A DNA stretch of 64,000 nt, taken from NCBI GenBank assembly GCA_013265495.1, contig MU057889.1:1-64000 (forward strand), read 5' to 3'. Positions 12,295-25,725 of this stretch are shown piece by piece (position 1 is the first letter of the stretch; each line of letters starts with the position of its first letter). The stretch is from Vicugna vicugna (Eukaryota). Made by a program: the position numbers and the translations under genes. The notes under the pieces were generated by a model. It saw only the letters and a program-made list of their open reading frames with translations, ran no database searches and had not been told where the DNA came from.

Positions 12295-15200
12295 TATTTG
12301 CCAGGTTGGGCTTCCCTAGTAAGGACTAGGGGTGGGGACATTGTGGAAGTCCTTCAAAGGTGTTTCCTGCTCCTAGGAAAACCAGGGACTCTTTCTGACA
12401 AATTGTGGGGAAGAAAGACTGCCTAGGTAAGTCCTGGAACTGATTTTTTCAGCCCTAGCACTCAGGATTTTTGATGCCATCTTCTGTGGTCTTTTCATTA
12501 TATCACACTGTGGGAGACTATGAGGACAAGTCAGGGCTAGATGGGGTGGATTCAGAGCCATTTACACTGAGATGCTCATTAAAGCTGAGAGAATATATGA
12601 ATATAAATAACTGGAATGCAAGAAGTCCAAAAGAAGGCTGAGCACAGAGCCTTTAAAAGGCAGTACTATAGGGAACGGGGAAGAGAGGTGGAGAGGTTAG
12701 ACTCAGGCACTGACAGAGGGCAATCACGAGAATAGCTTCTACTGTCAGTCATCCTGGAACAAAGCAAACCCCAGGATAGAAGAGAGCTGAGGAGGAAACC
12801 ACTTCCCGCACTTGGAGTTTCCCCGAGGTTGAGACTCAGACTTTTATTAAAAGAGAGAGGTTTGAGATGATTTCTCCTGGAGGGAGGTAAGCTGGCCCTT
12901 CCCACTTGACACATGGGGCCAGGTTTTGGGGGTAGCTCAACTCTGAGAATAACTAGGGGGGCGGCAGAATGTAAACTTCCTGTGGAGGGGACTGAGCCTG
13001 TAGATTCAAAGCACAGCCATCTCTAGTCTCATTTTAAGTTTTCTGCTAGTTTCCTTCAGTTATTCCTACACCTTCTAAAAACTGTGATGGGAGTTGCAGC
13101 TTAGTCTCTGCTGTCATTGCAAGGAATTGAGGGAAGGGTCTGTGCCCATCTTAGGGCAAAGCAATACAGGGGAGAGAAACAGCAACTAGGAGGATTGCAA
13201 CAGAGCACAGTGTAGGTCCTACAGCAAAGAGGGGCAGTAGTCAAAGCCAGAGGTTGGCTGAAGAGGCAGAGACAGCAAGAGTGATGTACAGAAGAGATGT
13301 TCTCCAGAATATACTGGAGTTTGTTACTACATATCAAAAGAGCAAGCTGACATTTCCATACAGGGAAGAAGAAGGAAGAGGGCATAACTAGTTAACTGCT
13401 TCCCTGTGGCACCTAGTACCCTGGTGAAGCTTTGAAATAACACCAGGAAGTAATCGTGTATTACTCACACACACACAGTACACCCTCACACACACACACA
13501 CAGATGATATCACTGAATTTTATTCTGCATATTCACTAGCAGATCTGTCCCTTTTCCTCCTTTCAATGCCCTGAAATTTAGCATCTTGTCTTATATCTTT
13601 ACATTCCTTTCTTTGACCTTTTGAGATCTCCCCTCCCTCCTTTCCTTCTAGGAATTCCATATTTAATTCTTTGACTAATGGCAGCCCTCATGAAAGAAGA
13701 GATTTTCTTCCCCTGCCCCATCAGAGACTGTCTTCTCACCTGGATGACACTAACACTCTGATGATATTATTATACCGCTTCCCTTAAAGCAGAAATTTTC
13801 TCCCCCCAGCTTTACTGATCCACCTGAATTCCTCACTTATATTTGAACCCTATCTTATTGACTTATTGTTTTCCCTGAAATTCTCACTCCCAGTCTTAGT
13901 ATCCCATAATCCCTGCTTCTCTTACGTGGCTCCATTCCGTGCCTTCTCCCAGTGCCCCTAATCTTTTTTCTTACCCTCTTAGGGCACCCCCAAATACTTA
14001 TTCTTGTGGCATAAATTACAGACTTATGACTTAGAAGTATTCAGGAATGAATCTCTTTTGCCTGTTGCTCCAAACCTTATTTGGAGTCTGTATGGCTCCT
14101 TAATTTATGACGCCCTCTGTCCGTCACAGAGTCCTGGAGGCACACTTAGTCCAGAAGAGTAGCCCAGGGTTTTCCTCAACTCTGAGAGTGACCAGCTAAG
14201 TATTCAATCATGTCTTTACATATATGATTAAAAGATGTTTAGATTATGGGTTAGGATTTTTGGTGTGCGTCTCTAATGGTACCATGCCAAACAATAAAAA
14301 TGATGTTTCCTGAATGGAAACTCACTTTCCAGTCAGTTACCATGATTTTTAAAAAGAAACAGATTTACTCTCCACAGTGAATATAGTAAAACACCTTGAA
14401 ATTCATTGGTAATTGAGGTATTTTCACATTATGACATCTTTGAATAGGTTAATGGGGCTGGGGGTGAGGACCAGGATTTGAGGAAGGAGATTTCAGCTCA
14501 GGCAGATGCCACTTGTGATGAGGAAGGTCAGCGGATGGAGACTCACAGTTACTGTTCCAATGCAGCCAATGGCCTTAGGCTCTTGTGGTCTTCCCAGTAC
14601 CCATAGGATTTATACCAGTGATCTGGCAGGGAAAGAACAGTTTCTTCTAGATCAGGCTTTGAAGGAACAGCCAGATCAGAAAATCCTGTCTCTTTTATCT
14701 CAGGCAAGGAAACAGCACAGTTCCGGGTGACTGAAACTAGATGAAACTGAGAAGTTCTACCCTCCTAAGGGATGTGAAAACAGAAAAACTTCAGATAACA
14801 TGAGCAGATCTAAAAAAGAACATGAAAGAAGTGTCTCTGGGGAGACTTCCTGTGTGTATTCTTTCCTACCCTGAGACTCGCCAGCCCTGAGGATTTTCTG
14901 GGAGTCTAAGAATTGGTCAGGATGTCCACAATTCCCTTGATAGTTCATATCTATGATGCTGAGGTCTGGGGAAGGTAACACAGATGTTAGAGCAACTAGG
15001 AAGATAGGTCTAGGACTCAACAGTGAAGAAGTAACTAACAATCTATCCATCGTTCCTACTACAGCTTACAGCTCTGGTAAAATCTCTTGTACTTTCAATA
15101 TGCTGTATCAACACACCTAGCTATCACCAGGAGAACTCTTTCTAAGGTGACCTCAGCTTAGGAGGAAGAAGGGATTGCTCTCTTACTTTCCATGGTAAAT

Positions 15201-17654
15201 TCACCAGTCCATGAAGGTCATGTTCAGAGACCAGCAGTCCCAAGGTGGCATCTAGCCCTCTGTTTTGCTGAGTTTATGACTAACTTTTAAAATGTATCCC
15301 TTCAGATTATAAAAACAATTTCTCTGTGTTCAGAGAGACTGTATATGACCAGGTTACTGGAGCAAATTCTCCCTTGTTATTTCGTGTGTGTGTGTGTGTG
15401 TGTAAATGTGGGGAACAAGCTGGAAAAAAAGCTAAGTTATTTTTAAAATGCCACAAAACTTTTCCTACCACATTTAAGCTGCCTTATTCTGATTCAGAAC
15501 TTTCTTGGTTGCTGTAAACCTTGCACAAAGTTGATTGTGATGAATCTTGCTCTTTTTGTCAGCGTTTCTGTGGACGGATTATCCTCCCTCCTCTGCCATT
15601 TCCACTGATGTCACTTTCAGGCCTCCTCAAAAGGTATATTTTAAAATAACGAAATAGCTCATATGTATTAATTTAGTCCCCACAATTCTTCTTGATAGAT
15701 ACTATTTTTTTTTATTTTCTACTGAAAAGAAACACTGAGGATAAAGAGGTTAAAGCACACTCCCAGGGTCCAGGGTCACATGTCCAGCAAGTGGAGAATC
15801 CAGATTTAAACAATGTCATCTGAGTTCTACCTCCTGACCATGATGCTCTAATGGTCACCTGTAGAAAGAAGGTAGCTGGTTTCCTTAGACCAGGGATTAT
15901 AAGAACTCGGTAAGATTTTTTAAAATCTTGTAATGTTCATGTGTTTGAAGTGATTCTCAGCAAACCCCTGAAACTGAGAAGTTAATGTAGGGACACAGAA
16001 CCTAGTGGCCTACTGCATGGCCAGGCGTAAACAGAGAAATTCTCCAAAACATGAAATGGATAGTCATAGTCTGGGGAGGAGAAAAAGACAGTTGAGTCCC
16101 TGGGTCATTGTGGGGAAGCCTAGAGGGTCCTGGAAAGCTCCCCGAGTGGGGCAATGCTCTCTCCTGGTTCCTCCCTATGCAGACAGCCCCACTCAACTGG
16201 CACCCTAAGCTTCCACAATGGAGAACCTTCCTCAGTTCCCTGCAGGAGCCCTGTCCTCTCTTGCACATGCTAGGAAAACAAGTAAATGTTCCTTCTTTCA
16301 GAACTCCTCCTGCGACTCCCAGTTCCTCCTGTGTTCCCACAGCACAGCTGAGAGCCATGATATGAAAATAGTCAGCCTTATCTTTGACTCGTCTTCCTCT
16401 CATTCCACATCAAGCCAGTGACAGAGGCCACCTGTTCTGTCTTCATAAGATCATGACTATCAGTTCCTTCTCCATTCTCGCTCCTGCTGCTCTTGTTATG
16501 ACCTTCATGTTGCTTACTTGGAGCTTATTCTTTTCTCAGTATGTAAGCATTTGTGGGATCAAACCCATTGCAGTCGAGTCTTATGAGCACTGGTTAGAGA
16601 AGAAAGCTTTGCTTCTAATCCTTTGAGTACAGGTGGCTGTCATCACACAGCTGGGATGCTGACGCTGCTTGAAGAAATGAAGGAAGAAGGATCTAGGAGC
16701 TGGAAAGAGAGATTGTTTTGAGCACTTCAACCTGGGAGAAGACTCAGAGGAAGGAATAAAATGATGAAACTGCAGAAAGAGGTGTTGCGTAACCAAAGTC
16801 AAGAGGGGGCCCTGAGAGGAGTGCATCCCCTGATTGTGACCTGCAGCACTGGGGGAACTCAGGCTGGGTCCTGCCCTCAAAGAGGAGCAATAACGTGGGG
16901 GTCCTCTTGGGACTTTCATGTAGCTCGACAGGGCAGGAGGTGGGCTGTGGACACAGTAGTTCAGCAGTTCATAATCCTGATAAGCCTGGGAACGTAGGCC
17001 TTGGATCCAGCCTGCAGGGTTAGGAGAACAGCACATCTTCTTCTTGAGGCCTTGAGCTGAGACAGTTTCTGATCATTAAAGTCCAAATGGGCAGCAGATG
17101 AGAGGTGAAAAGCTTAGTCAGGTGAGAAAGGGGAACAAGGCAACACCAGAACTCTTGGCTCCATCCAGAAGTGGGTGGAGGAGTACGGGCATTAGGACAT
17201 TTAGAAGATAAAAATATAGTGAAAAGAAAAAAAAAACAGTTCTTATGATTTCAAAGACTTAAACATGTGCCAAAAGGTTGAAAATCCAAGGTTAGAAAGA
17301 GGAAACACAGCCTCCTTTCTATGTCTTAGAAATTTTCTGAGAATGAATGCTCACACACAGTATAAGAACGTGAGATTCTTGTAACACCTCCACGTTCCCC
17401 TCCTCACCCCAGAAAAGTTTCTCCCCCAAGCAGAAGTCTGGAATGCACGTCCAAAGACACTAGGATGAGGCCTTTCTGCTCAGGTCAACCGAGGTACCCA
17501 GGTCTCTCAACATTGATGAAACAGCCAAAAATTTAATATCATGGTTAAAACAGGGCATACTTTGAATCATAATATATATATATATTTAATTGTCAGGTAA
17601 TTTTTTTGTTTCTCACTACTTGTCAGTAGTTTACCATTCTGTCTTCTGTCCCAT

Positions 17655-17885
17655 CTACCACTCAGTGCCACCACTTGGCTTTATGGAGTATTGGGTGAGT
17701 GACTTTGTGCATAAACTCTTTAACAGAGAGTCTCTGTTTCCTCCAGCTTTCCAGTTCTCCTGGACATAAACCCTGCTGGTTTTCAAAGCCAAGTTTTATA
17801 GGGGCTTGTCTTCCTGGTGCAGGTCCCCACAACTGGGGTGCCTGCGGGAGGCCTTTGTGACACCCCTCCTGCTTGTGGGTTGCCA
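17655..17885 (-). mobile_element. L1 5'UTR-like fragment
   Basis: Sequence resembles laurasiatherian L1 5' regions as recalled (e.g. AAACTTGGCTTTGAAAACCAGCAGGG on the minus strand). Confidence 0.45.
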
Positions 17886-18463
17886 GGTTGGGGTGGCCTG
17901 TCCTTAGCCCCATAAGTCTCATTTGGTGGATTATACTGTGAACCCATCTGAAAGGAACTGAGTTCTATAGCAGTGAGCCTCAGAGTAAGTTTTTGGACAA
18001 AGCTTTTTTAATTCATCCACAATAGAAGTGGAAATACTTGAAAAGAGAGCAAGGGAACTAACCAGAAGACCAGCAAAAGTAGCTACAGAAGCCAGGCTAG
18101 CAAGGTTAAGGCTTAGACTTGGGTTGTGTCCCCAGATGTGGTCAGACCTAAGTCAGTCAAGAGACATGGCAAAGGGGAACAAGAGGATATAATGAGTGTC
18201 AGGATAAAGGAAGAAAAAACACCTTGGGGCATTTGCAGCTACTTTCCCTTTGAATAGGTGCATAGTTTCCTTAACATAATCTCTCTGTTTGTGTTTACAT
18301 AGGTAAAACGGAATTCCTGCAAAATGAAATGCCAATCTTCTCCTTCATTTCCTCTGCCTCCAGTTTCGCCCGGCTGTGGACTGATGAGTATCGTCTTCTT
18401 AGAGTCCCTATCCTGGGACTGGATCACCCCTTAGAGCAATCTGGCACGGCTACATCTGGGGTC

Positions 18464-18481
18464 CGTCGTCGTCGTCGTCGT
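18464..18481. repeat. (CGT)6 microsatellite
   Basis: cgtcgtcgtcgtcgtcgt is directly visible. Confidence 0.9.
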
Positions 18482-19096
18482 TTTCCATTGGCAACTGAAT
18501 CTGCAGTCTTCAATTCCATTCTTATCGGACATTCTGAAAATCTGAGGTGAGCTGGTTTCTTATCTTAAGTGCTCTCTCCTTTTACCAGCCCAGTGTTATG
18601 TGATTTGGCCAAATCAAGGAATCCAACACAACATACGCGTGTCACATGCACGTGGATAGCTGTGAAGCAAAGCCTAATGCCAGGGCTCGGGGGGGGGCAG
18701 CTTGTGGCATTACACATAGTAAGCTGAATAATCAAAGAAAATGTAGAATCTGAAGATGGCTTCCACCTCTGTTCTACTTAGATCTCCTCCCTTTATGGGA
18801 TGAGGCTTTCCTATCTTGGATAAGATTGCCTCTTTCCCATGTAGATTCCTTTGGACTGTGTTGGCTGTGTCTGCATTCCCCGTGTTGGCCGTGGAACGGG
18901 GAGAGGAAGCAGAACACCCACCATCCTGGAGAACACCCACTCTCCCAGCACAGGTAGATGAGCTGCACCTGTTACAGCGCAGGAGACCAGGGAGGGAACT
19001 ACAGCTCTGCGTCTACTGCATATTCTGTCTAGTGCATCCTTATTAAGCCCTTCCTGCAGCTTGACCACCTGCCTCATTGTCCTTTCCCCAACATAC

Positions 19097-20614
19097 ATGG
19101 ACTGGCTCCTGCTCCTCCTGCTCCCAGGAGCCCTCGTGGTTCTGTGCCAGTCTTCCACAGAGGGTGAGTCCAACGGCAGGGAGGCAAAAGGGGCAGGGTG
19201 ATGGGGTCAGGGACTAATGTCCTCACAAGTCCCGATTAGGATGAGCAGGAGCTACAGAGACAGTATTTGCTGGAGCCAGGCCTCTGAGCCCTTGGCTGCT
19301 GCAAATTCCTTTCACCACCATGAAAACTCTTCCTGGGGACCCTGCTGTTACTGCTATCCAGTAGCTCCACCAAACTCTAACTCCAGGAATGGTGTGAGGG
19401 GAAAGGATGATAAAAAAAAAATCATTGGGAGTCTATTGCTGGGCAAGTTAGAGAGCAGAATCACCTTTCCTCTCAACTAAGGCCCAGGTCTTAATAACTC
19501 AGAAGAGAAATCCTCCTCCTTCCTTTCCCCCCATTACCTCCTGGGCTTCCTCTCTCAGCTAACCTTGGCCAGCCCTACTAGCAATTAAATACCCATTTCA
19601 GTGCCATTTCAGAAGCCACAGCCGCAGGCTGAGCCCGAAAAGAAAGAAGGGTTTGTGTTAACCCTATGATTCCTAAAACCAGATTCCGTGATAGATCTGG
19701 GCTCTGCAGGGAGGGTCCCCAGAGATCGGAAGAGGAGGGCCGGGGAAGCCCAAGGTTCTGGCCTCAGTCCCAACACCTGCTGCAGTGGCCCTTCTCTTTT
19801 CCCATTAACTACTTGGCATCCCTTGGTCTCATCCCATGATTCTCACATAACGTCCAGATTCTACAATGAGAAATATAATTTGCACCTCCTGCGATGAATA
19901 TGTTGGCAAGAACTGCAGAAAGAATTTGGGTTCCTGTCACTCCAAATATCCTGACTTTGCATGCCAAACCAAAGAAATATATTCTCAACATTACACTGGA
20001 GGTGAGGTGAGGGCAGGAGAAGGGGGAGCGATGGGGAGTTGAATTTTATGACTTGGCATAGTGGGGAAAAAAAAAGCACTAGGTATAGAGACAGAATTCT
20101 CTAGTCTGTACTCAGCTCATGGACTGAGGCATATTACTTCCTTTCTCTGAGTTAAAATTTCTCATCTGTACAATTATTGGGTTTTAATGGATGATCTCCA
20201 AATTCCTTCCCATTTCTGATGTTCAGGGATTGAATCCCTAACAGAGCAAGCCTGCTATAGCTCCTCTGCTATAAATGTATGTGGGTGTTGGGAGCAGAAG
20301 TGAGTTGCCCTGGAAGGAGGCTGCCCTTTTTGTGGAAGGGTCTTCAAGTCCAGGCTTTGTCTAAGGAGACAGGTGGGAAGGAAGGGACTGCAACATTCCC
20401 AAGTCTAACATGGACCTCTGTTATTTTCCTACCCTCTTCAGCTTATGTCTACCAATATTCTATACTGGGCTGCCCCAGAAGATGTGTGGAATATATAAGC
20501 TTCACCAGGTGGGAGAAAAACGTATTCTTCTGTTGTAATCAAAGCTACTGCAATAGCTTGTCAGTAAAGGATGAGAGTCCATTCAGTCCCATCATACCAC
20601 AGAATTTAGCCTGA
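19097..20614 (+). CDS. Unnamed PATE-family secreted three-finger protein, 127 aa; exons 19097-19163, 19858-20001, 20442-20614
   Basis: Signal MDWLLLLLLPGALVVLCQSSTE|gtgagt. Exon 2 DSTMRNIICTSCDEYVGKNCRKNLGSCHSKYPDFACQTKEIYSQHYTG. Exon 3 AYVYQYSILGCPRRC..FFCCNQSYCN.. Ten Cys, phase-1 GT-AG introns, AATAAA at 20747-20752. An additional micro-exon in intron 1 cannot be excluded. Confidence 0.88.
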
Positions 20615-21164
20615 TCAGCTCATTTTCAGGGACCTACTCTTGACTGCATTCTGTCCATCATTTCTGAACAAACATCAAGATCCAGAAATGCCTTCATTCT
20701 CAACCACCGTACACAATGCCTCCTGAGAGCCAAGAGACCCCAGAAAAATAAACTGTGGATAAAAAAGAAATGTAGTGCAACTCTGAAATGCTGTTTGGGC
20801 CCAAGCAGAACAAGGCCTGAACGTCTTGTTCTGCTTTCCTGGCTGGGGGCCAAATCCTGAGTCTGTGTGGGGGTCAGAAAGTGAGGGAGGCTTCAGTGGG
20901 ACATCTGGGGGCACTGAATGGATTACAATAAAAATTCTAATGAATAGCAAGACCATATACAAGAGAATTCATGGGCTTTCTCAACAGTAGACCAGATAAG
21001 AAGGAAGGGATACCAGGCAAATAATGATCTGGCAAAAGTCTCCAAGTCATTTTACTTTTCAAATGTTTAGGATTCTAAATCCTATCAGGCCCCTGACACT
21101 CTAGGTCTGAAGAGGTCCCAGAAACAGAGAGGACCTGACAAGGAGGGCCTAGCGTTCCATGGGG

Positions 21165-22140
21165 GCCTAACATACGATCTATCTTGGAGAATATTCCATG
21201 TCACTTGAGAGGAATGTATATTCTGCTGTTGTTGGCATAAACATTTTGTATATGTCTATTATAGCTAATTGGTTTATAACATTTCTTAAGTCCTCTAATT
21301 CCTTGTTGATGTTCTATATGGTTTTTCTACCATTACTGAAAGTGAAGTGTTGTGGTAGAATGTCTATTTCTTCTTTCAATTCTGTCGAAGTTTGCTATAT
21401 ATGTTTTGGTTTTCTGTTCTTTGGTGTATATGTGTTTATAATTGTTAGAGCTTCCTGATAAACTGACCCTTTTATCAATGTATAATGTCATCGTTTATTT
21501 CTTGCAATAGTTTTTGACTTAAGGTCATTTTGTTATTTTTATAGTCACCACAGGTCTCTTTAGGTATCTATTTGCATGGAATATCTATATTCATCCTTTT
21601 AGTTTAAACCTATTTGCGTCTTTAGATATAAAGTGAGTCTCTTGTACACAGTATATATATGGATAACGGTTTTGAAAAATTCGTTCTGCCAATCTCTGCC
21701 TTTTGATTAGACAGTTTAATCCATTTATATCTAAAGTAATTACTGACAAGTAAAGGCCTACCTCTGCCATTCTGATATTTGTTTTCTGTATGTCTTATGG
21801 CTTTTTTATTCCTCAATGCCTCCATTATTAAGTGGCTTTGCATGTTGTTGATTTTTTGTAGAACACTTTCGATCCTCTTTTAAATTTCCTTTGGTATATA
21901 TTCTATAGATATTTTCTCTGGTTACCATAAAAATTAAATTTAACATTCTAGAGTTCCAATAATTTAATTCAAATTGATATGAACTTAACTTCATTAGCAC
22001 ATAGAACTCTACTCATATACAATTTTACCCCCTTATGTTATTAGAGTCACAAATCACATCTTTATGAATTATATGCCAAATAACACAGATTTACAATTAT
22101 TTTTAATGTGTTTTAAATCATGTAGGAAATAAAAAGTAAT
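21165..22140 (-). mobile_element. Old L1 fragment (endonuclease region and inter-ORF)
   Basis: Degenerate L1 ORF2 N-terminal-like sequence on the minus strand. Confidence 0.7.
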
Positions 22141-22189
22141 TTGCCTTCCCAAATAAGAACAACAAATGCTCTTTGAGCAACTACTAATT

Positions 22190-22380
22190 GTTAGACACTC
22201 TTCTAAACATTTTACATGTATCACATCATTTAAAAAATCACCAAAACTCAATGAAGTAAATACTGTCATTACTCCATTTTACAGATGAGGAAATGGAAGC
22301 ATAGACTTACAGTACTTTGTCCAAGCTCATAGAACTAATATGTGCTATAATTGGGATTTAAAGTCTGATGTCTGAGGACA
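22190..22380 (-). mobile_element. MIR
   Basis: MIR core ccattttacagatgaggaaatggaagc. Confidence 0.75.
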
Positions 22381-23969
22381 GAAAGTGCACTATTAATTAC
22401 TACACTGTAAGGATTCCAGTTCTATTCCTTGCCCTATTATCCTTTACCAAATGTGTACTGCACTTACAGCAAGGATGGAGGAAAGTATAACAGATTGTAA
22501 CTGCATGTGCTACTCAGTTATTTCAGTGCTATGTAGAATTCTCCTAGGTTCATTAGCAAAATTTATCAAATATGCTTCCAGCTCCCCTCTGCTGTGCTGG
22601 ATTTCCACTTTTAGACAATTATCTAGAGTAGATAAAGGTGGGGGAGGGAGAGATAGGGAGACAAATAAAGATTTAAAAAAAGAAAAAGTCAAAATGACAA
22701 ACAGAGAAAGGGAATTAAGTAAATAAATGACACCAGGGGGAAAATGTGGTTGTCCTGTTGGTGAGGTGCTTTGCCCTTCAACCTATGTCACTTTTACCAC
22801 CTATCTGGTTCGCCCTTCTGACTCTCAAGTGCATGGTCAGAAACTCTTGAGTCTGTTCTTTTCACTTGTATTATTCAAAATGAAAGAATGAATAAATAAA
22901 TAAACCAAGTACCAGGTTTGAGGGACATCACCAGATCAAAGAGTAAGATTAATTTATAAAACCAGGAAAGAGTTCATTCCTAGGCCCCATGACTGAATGT
23001 CTGATATTTGGGGAAGCCACTGAACAAAGAGGGGAGTACTCTGACCCTGTTTCTGGAAGGGTGATAGACGTTTGCTTAAAGGAGGATAAGAAGATAGGGT
23101 GAAGCATCATCTTACTGCTGCAGTTATTGTCCTAAAATGTTCCCATCATTGAAGAAATGATGGGAAACACAGTAGTTAGCTGTGTTCTATACCAAGATAC
23201 AATCTGTAGTATTTTATAACTGGCCTTTGAATTCTTTAGTTAGTCACTAAGAGGGAATGAAGGAGGGGAAGACAGGAGAGGGAGAGAGAGGAAAAGAATA
23301 GAGAGAGAGAAGAGATGGGGAGGGAGAGAGAGAGAGAGAAGGGGAGAGAGCGAGAGCGAGAGAAGATACCCTCCTAAGGTACTCACAAGACCAAAAACCA
23401 AGTCTTAGCTAAGCCCTGTTCCATGTCCCAGGAAGTTAGACAGCATTCTTCTAGGAGTGTTAGAAGCCTCATGAAAGGGGCCTTACTTTTGGTCCATGGA
23501 GAACACCACATCTTACAAGGATACCTACCCCTAGAATTCTTTCTTACAAAGAGACCCACTTCTATGGAACAATGAATTAGAAGGATGCACAGGCCAGGTA
23601 AAGTGGCTAACACACAATGAAAATTACAGGTAATTAGAATATAGTGTGATAAATGTTAGGATAGCAAAATTATAGGGTGTCACAGGAACACAGAACAGAG
23701 GGACATGTGGAAAGGATGAAAGGTCAAGGAAGGGATAGTGATATCTAAGGTGAGACCTACATAGGCAGAGGAACCAGTACAGGGATAAATCTAAGGCAAG
23801 AGAACCCAGGGTCTTCTCTCTACTGTTGCTGTCAGGAGACCCAAGGAAGGACTAAACGTAAGATAAATGCTTTAGTTTTCTGTAGCTGTACTACAGACTC
23901 AGTGGCTTAAAGCAACACACACTTTCTGCTCATAGTCTAGCAATAAGAAGCCTAAAATCAAATGTTTAT

Positions 23970-24420
23970 CAGAACGTTATTTATCACTGCCTCAAACTTG
24001 AAGCAACCAAACTGTCCCTTAGTATGTGAATGAATAAACAAACTATGATACGTTCACACAATGAAATCTTGTTCAGTGACAAAAAGGAATGAGCTATTGA
24101 TTCATATAACAACATGAGTGAAATTTAAATGCACTTTGCTAAATGAAAGAAATCAAAACCAAATGACTGCATATTGTAAGATTCTATTCATAAGAAATTC
24201 TGGATAAAGCAAAAACTAAGGATGAAAAATTGATCACTGGTTGCCAAGCTTGGGGAAGGCAGAATACTTAAATACAAAGGGAACATGCAGGGGGAACATT
24301 AAAGGAATGGAACTGCTCTGTATGGAAATTGGTATGTGAATCAATGCATTTTGCAAACCCATAAAACTGAATATCACAAAGAGTAACTTTTAATATACAC
24401 AAATTTTAAAAAGATAAACT
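23970..24420 (+). mobile_element. Ancient L1 3' end (L1ME-like)
   Basis: Typical motifs aagcaaccaaactgtccc, aatgagctattgattcat and gatcactggttgcc. Confidence 0.65.
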
Positions 24421-24977
24421 AGAACAGCTTGTAGTATGTCAAAGTGTCTCTTATTTCATGTAGCCTCAAGGATTCTCTTTCTCTCTAGTACAGCAGCCTC
24501 TGATTAATCTAAACTTCTTATGTGGCGGCTCAAGGCTGCAGCAGTGCCAAGAGACCAAAGTGGGAAACGCAACACCACTTACAACCTAACCTTGGAACAA
24601 TACAGCGTCATTTCCACAATAATCTATCAGTCGTGCAGGGTGAAGCAAGTTCAGCATTGGAGAGAACAGCACAAGTGTGTGAAAACCAAGAGGGTTGGAC
24701 GGATGATCTGAGGATCATGTGGGAGGCTGGCTACTACAGTCCTCTCTTTGGAGCTGGATGACTCATGTCTCACCCACATGTAAAATACATCACTTCCTTC
24801 CAGGGCCTCTATTTTTAAAATCACTTTATTGAAGTATGATTGACATTTAAAAAGCTGTATATTTTTAATGTATACAACTTGATGAATTTGGGGATAAGTT
24901 TATATCCAAGAAACCTTCACACTGTATACAGGCCATATACATATCCATCACCTCTCAAAACTTCCTCCCTTTTAAAA

Positions 24978-24979
<2 letters not shown>

Positions 24980-25016
<37 letters not shown>
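24980..25016. repeat. (ATT)n microsatellite
   Basis: Directly visible. Confidence 0.9.
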
Positions 25017-25059
25017 TCATCTTGTGGTAAGAACACTTAACATAAGATTTACCCTTTTA

Positions 25060-25725
25060 GAAAGTTGGACAGCCACATGTAAATCAATGAAGTTAGAACA
25101 CTCCCTCACACCATACACAAAAATAAACTCAAAATGACTTAAAGACTTAAACATAAGACAAGACACTATAAACCTAGAAGAAAACATAGGCAAAACATTC
25201 TCTGACATAAATCTTAGCAATGTTTTCCTAGGGCTGTCTACCTAGGCAATATATATAAAAGCAAAAATAAATAAGTGGGACCCAAGTAAACTTAAAAGCT
25301 TTTGCACAGCAAAGGAAACTGTAAACAAAACAAAAAGACAACCTTCAGAATGGGAGAAAAGATTTGCAAATGATGAGACCAAGGGCTTTATTTCCATAAT
25401 ATACAAACAGCTTATGCAACTTAATAACAAAAAACCAAACAACCTAATCCAAAAATGGGCAGAAGACCTAAAACAATTCTTCAGTGAAGACATACAAATG
25501 GTCAATAGTCACGTTGCTCAATATCGCTGATTATCGGAGAAATGAAATCAAAATTACAATGATATTTGATATCTTGTAGTAGCTTACAGTGAAAAAGAAT
25601 ATGAGAATGAATATATGCATATTCACGTATGACTGAAGCACTGTGCTGTACACCAGAAATTGACCCAACACTATAAACTCATCCTACTTCAATTAAAAAA
25701 ATAATAAAATAAAATAAAAAATAAA
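25060..25725 (+). mobile_element. Young L1 3' fragment with an internal deletion near 25560 and an A-rich tail
   Basis: Close to the L1 at 6405-6900, then jumps directly to the terminal 3'UTR and an aataaaataaa tail. Confidence 0.8.

Noticed and set aside
19582..19650. Possible in-frame 69-nt micro-exon in intron 1 of the second PATE-like gene (AIKYPFQCHFRSHSRRLSPKRKK)
   Set aside because: Weak donor (GTTTGT) and it adds an unpaired Cys; the better acceptor at 19601 gives the wrong phase.
23050..23540. Possible decayed PATE pseudogene on the minus strand (donor-like GTGAGT at 23386, DNNCS motif)
   Set aside because: No consistent Cys spacing or signal peptide could be reconstructed.
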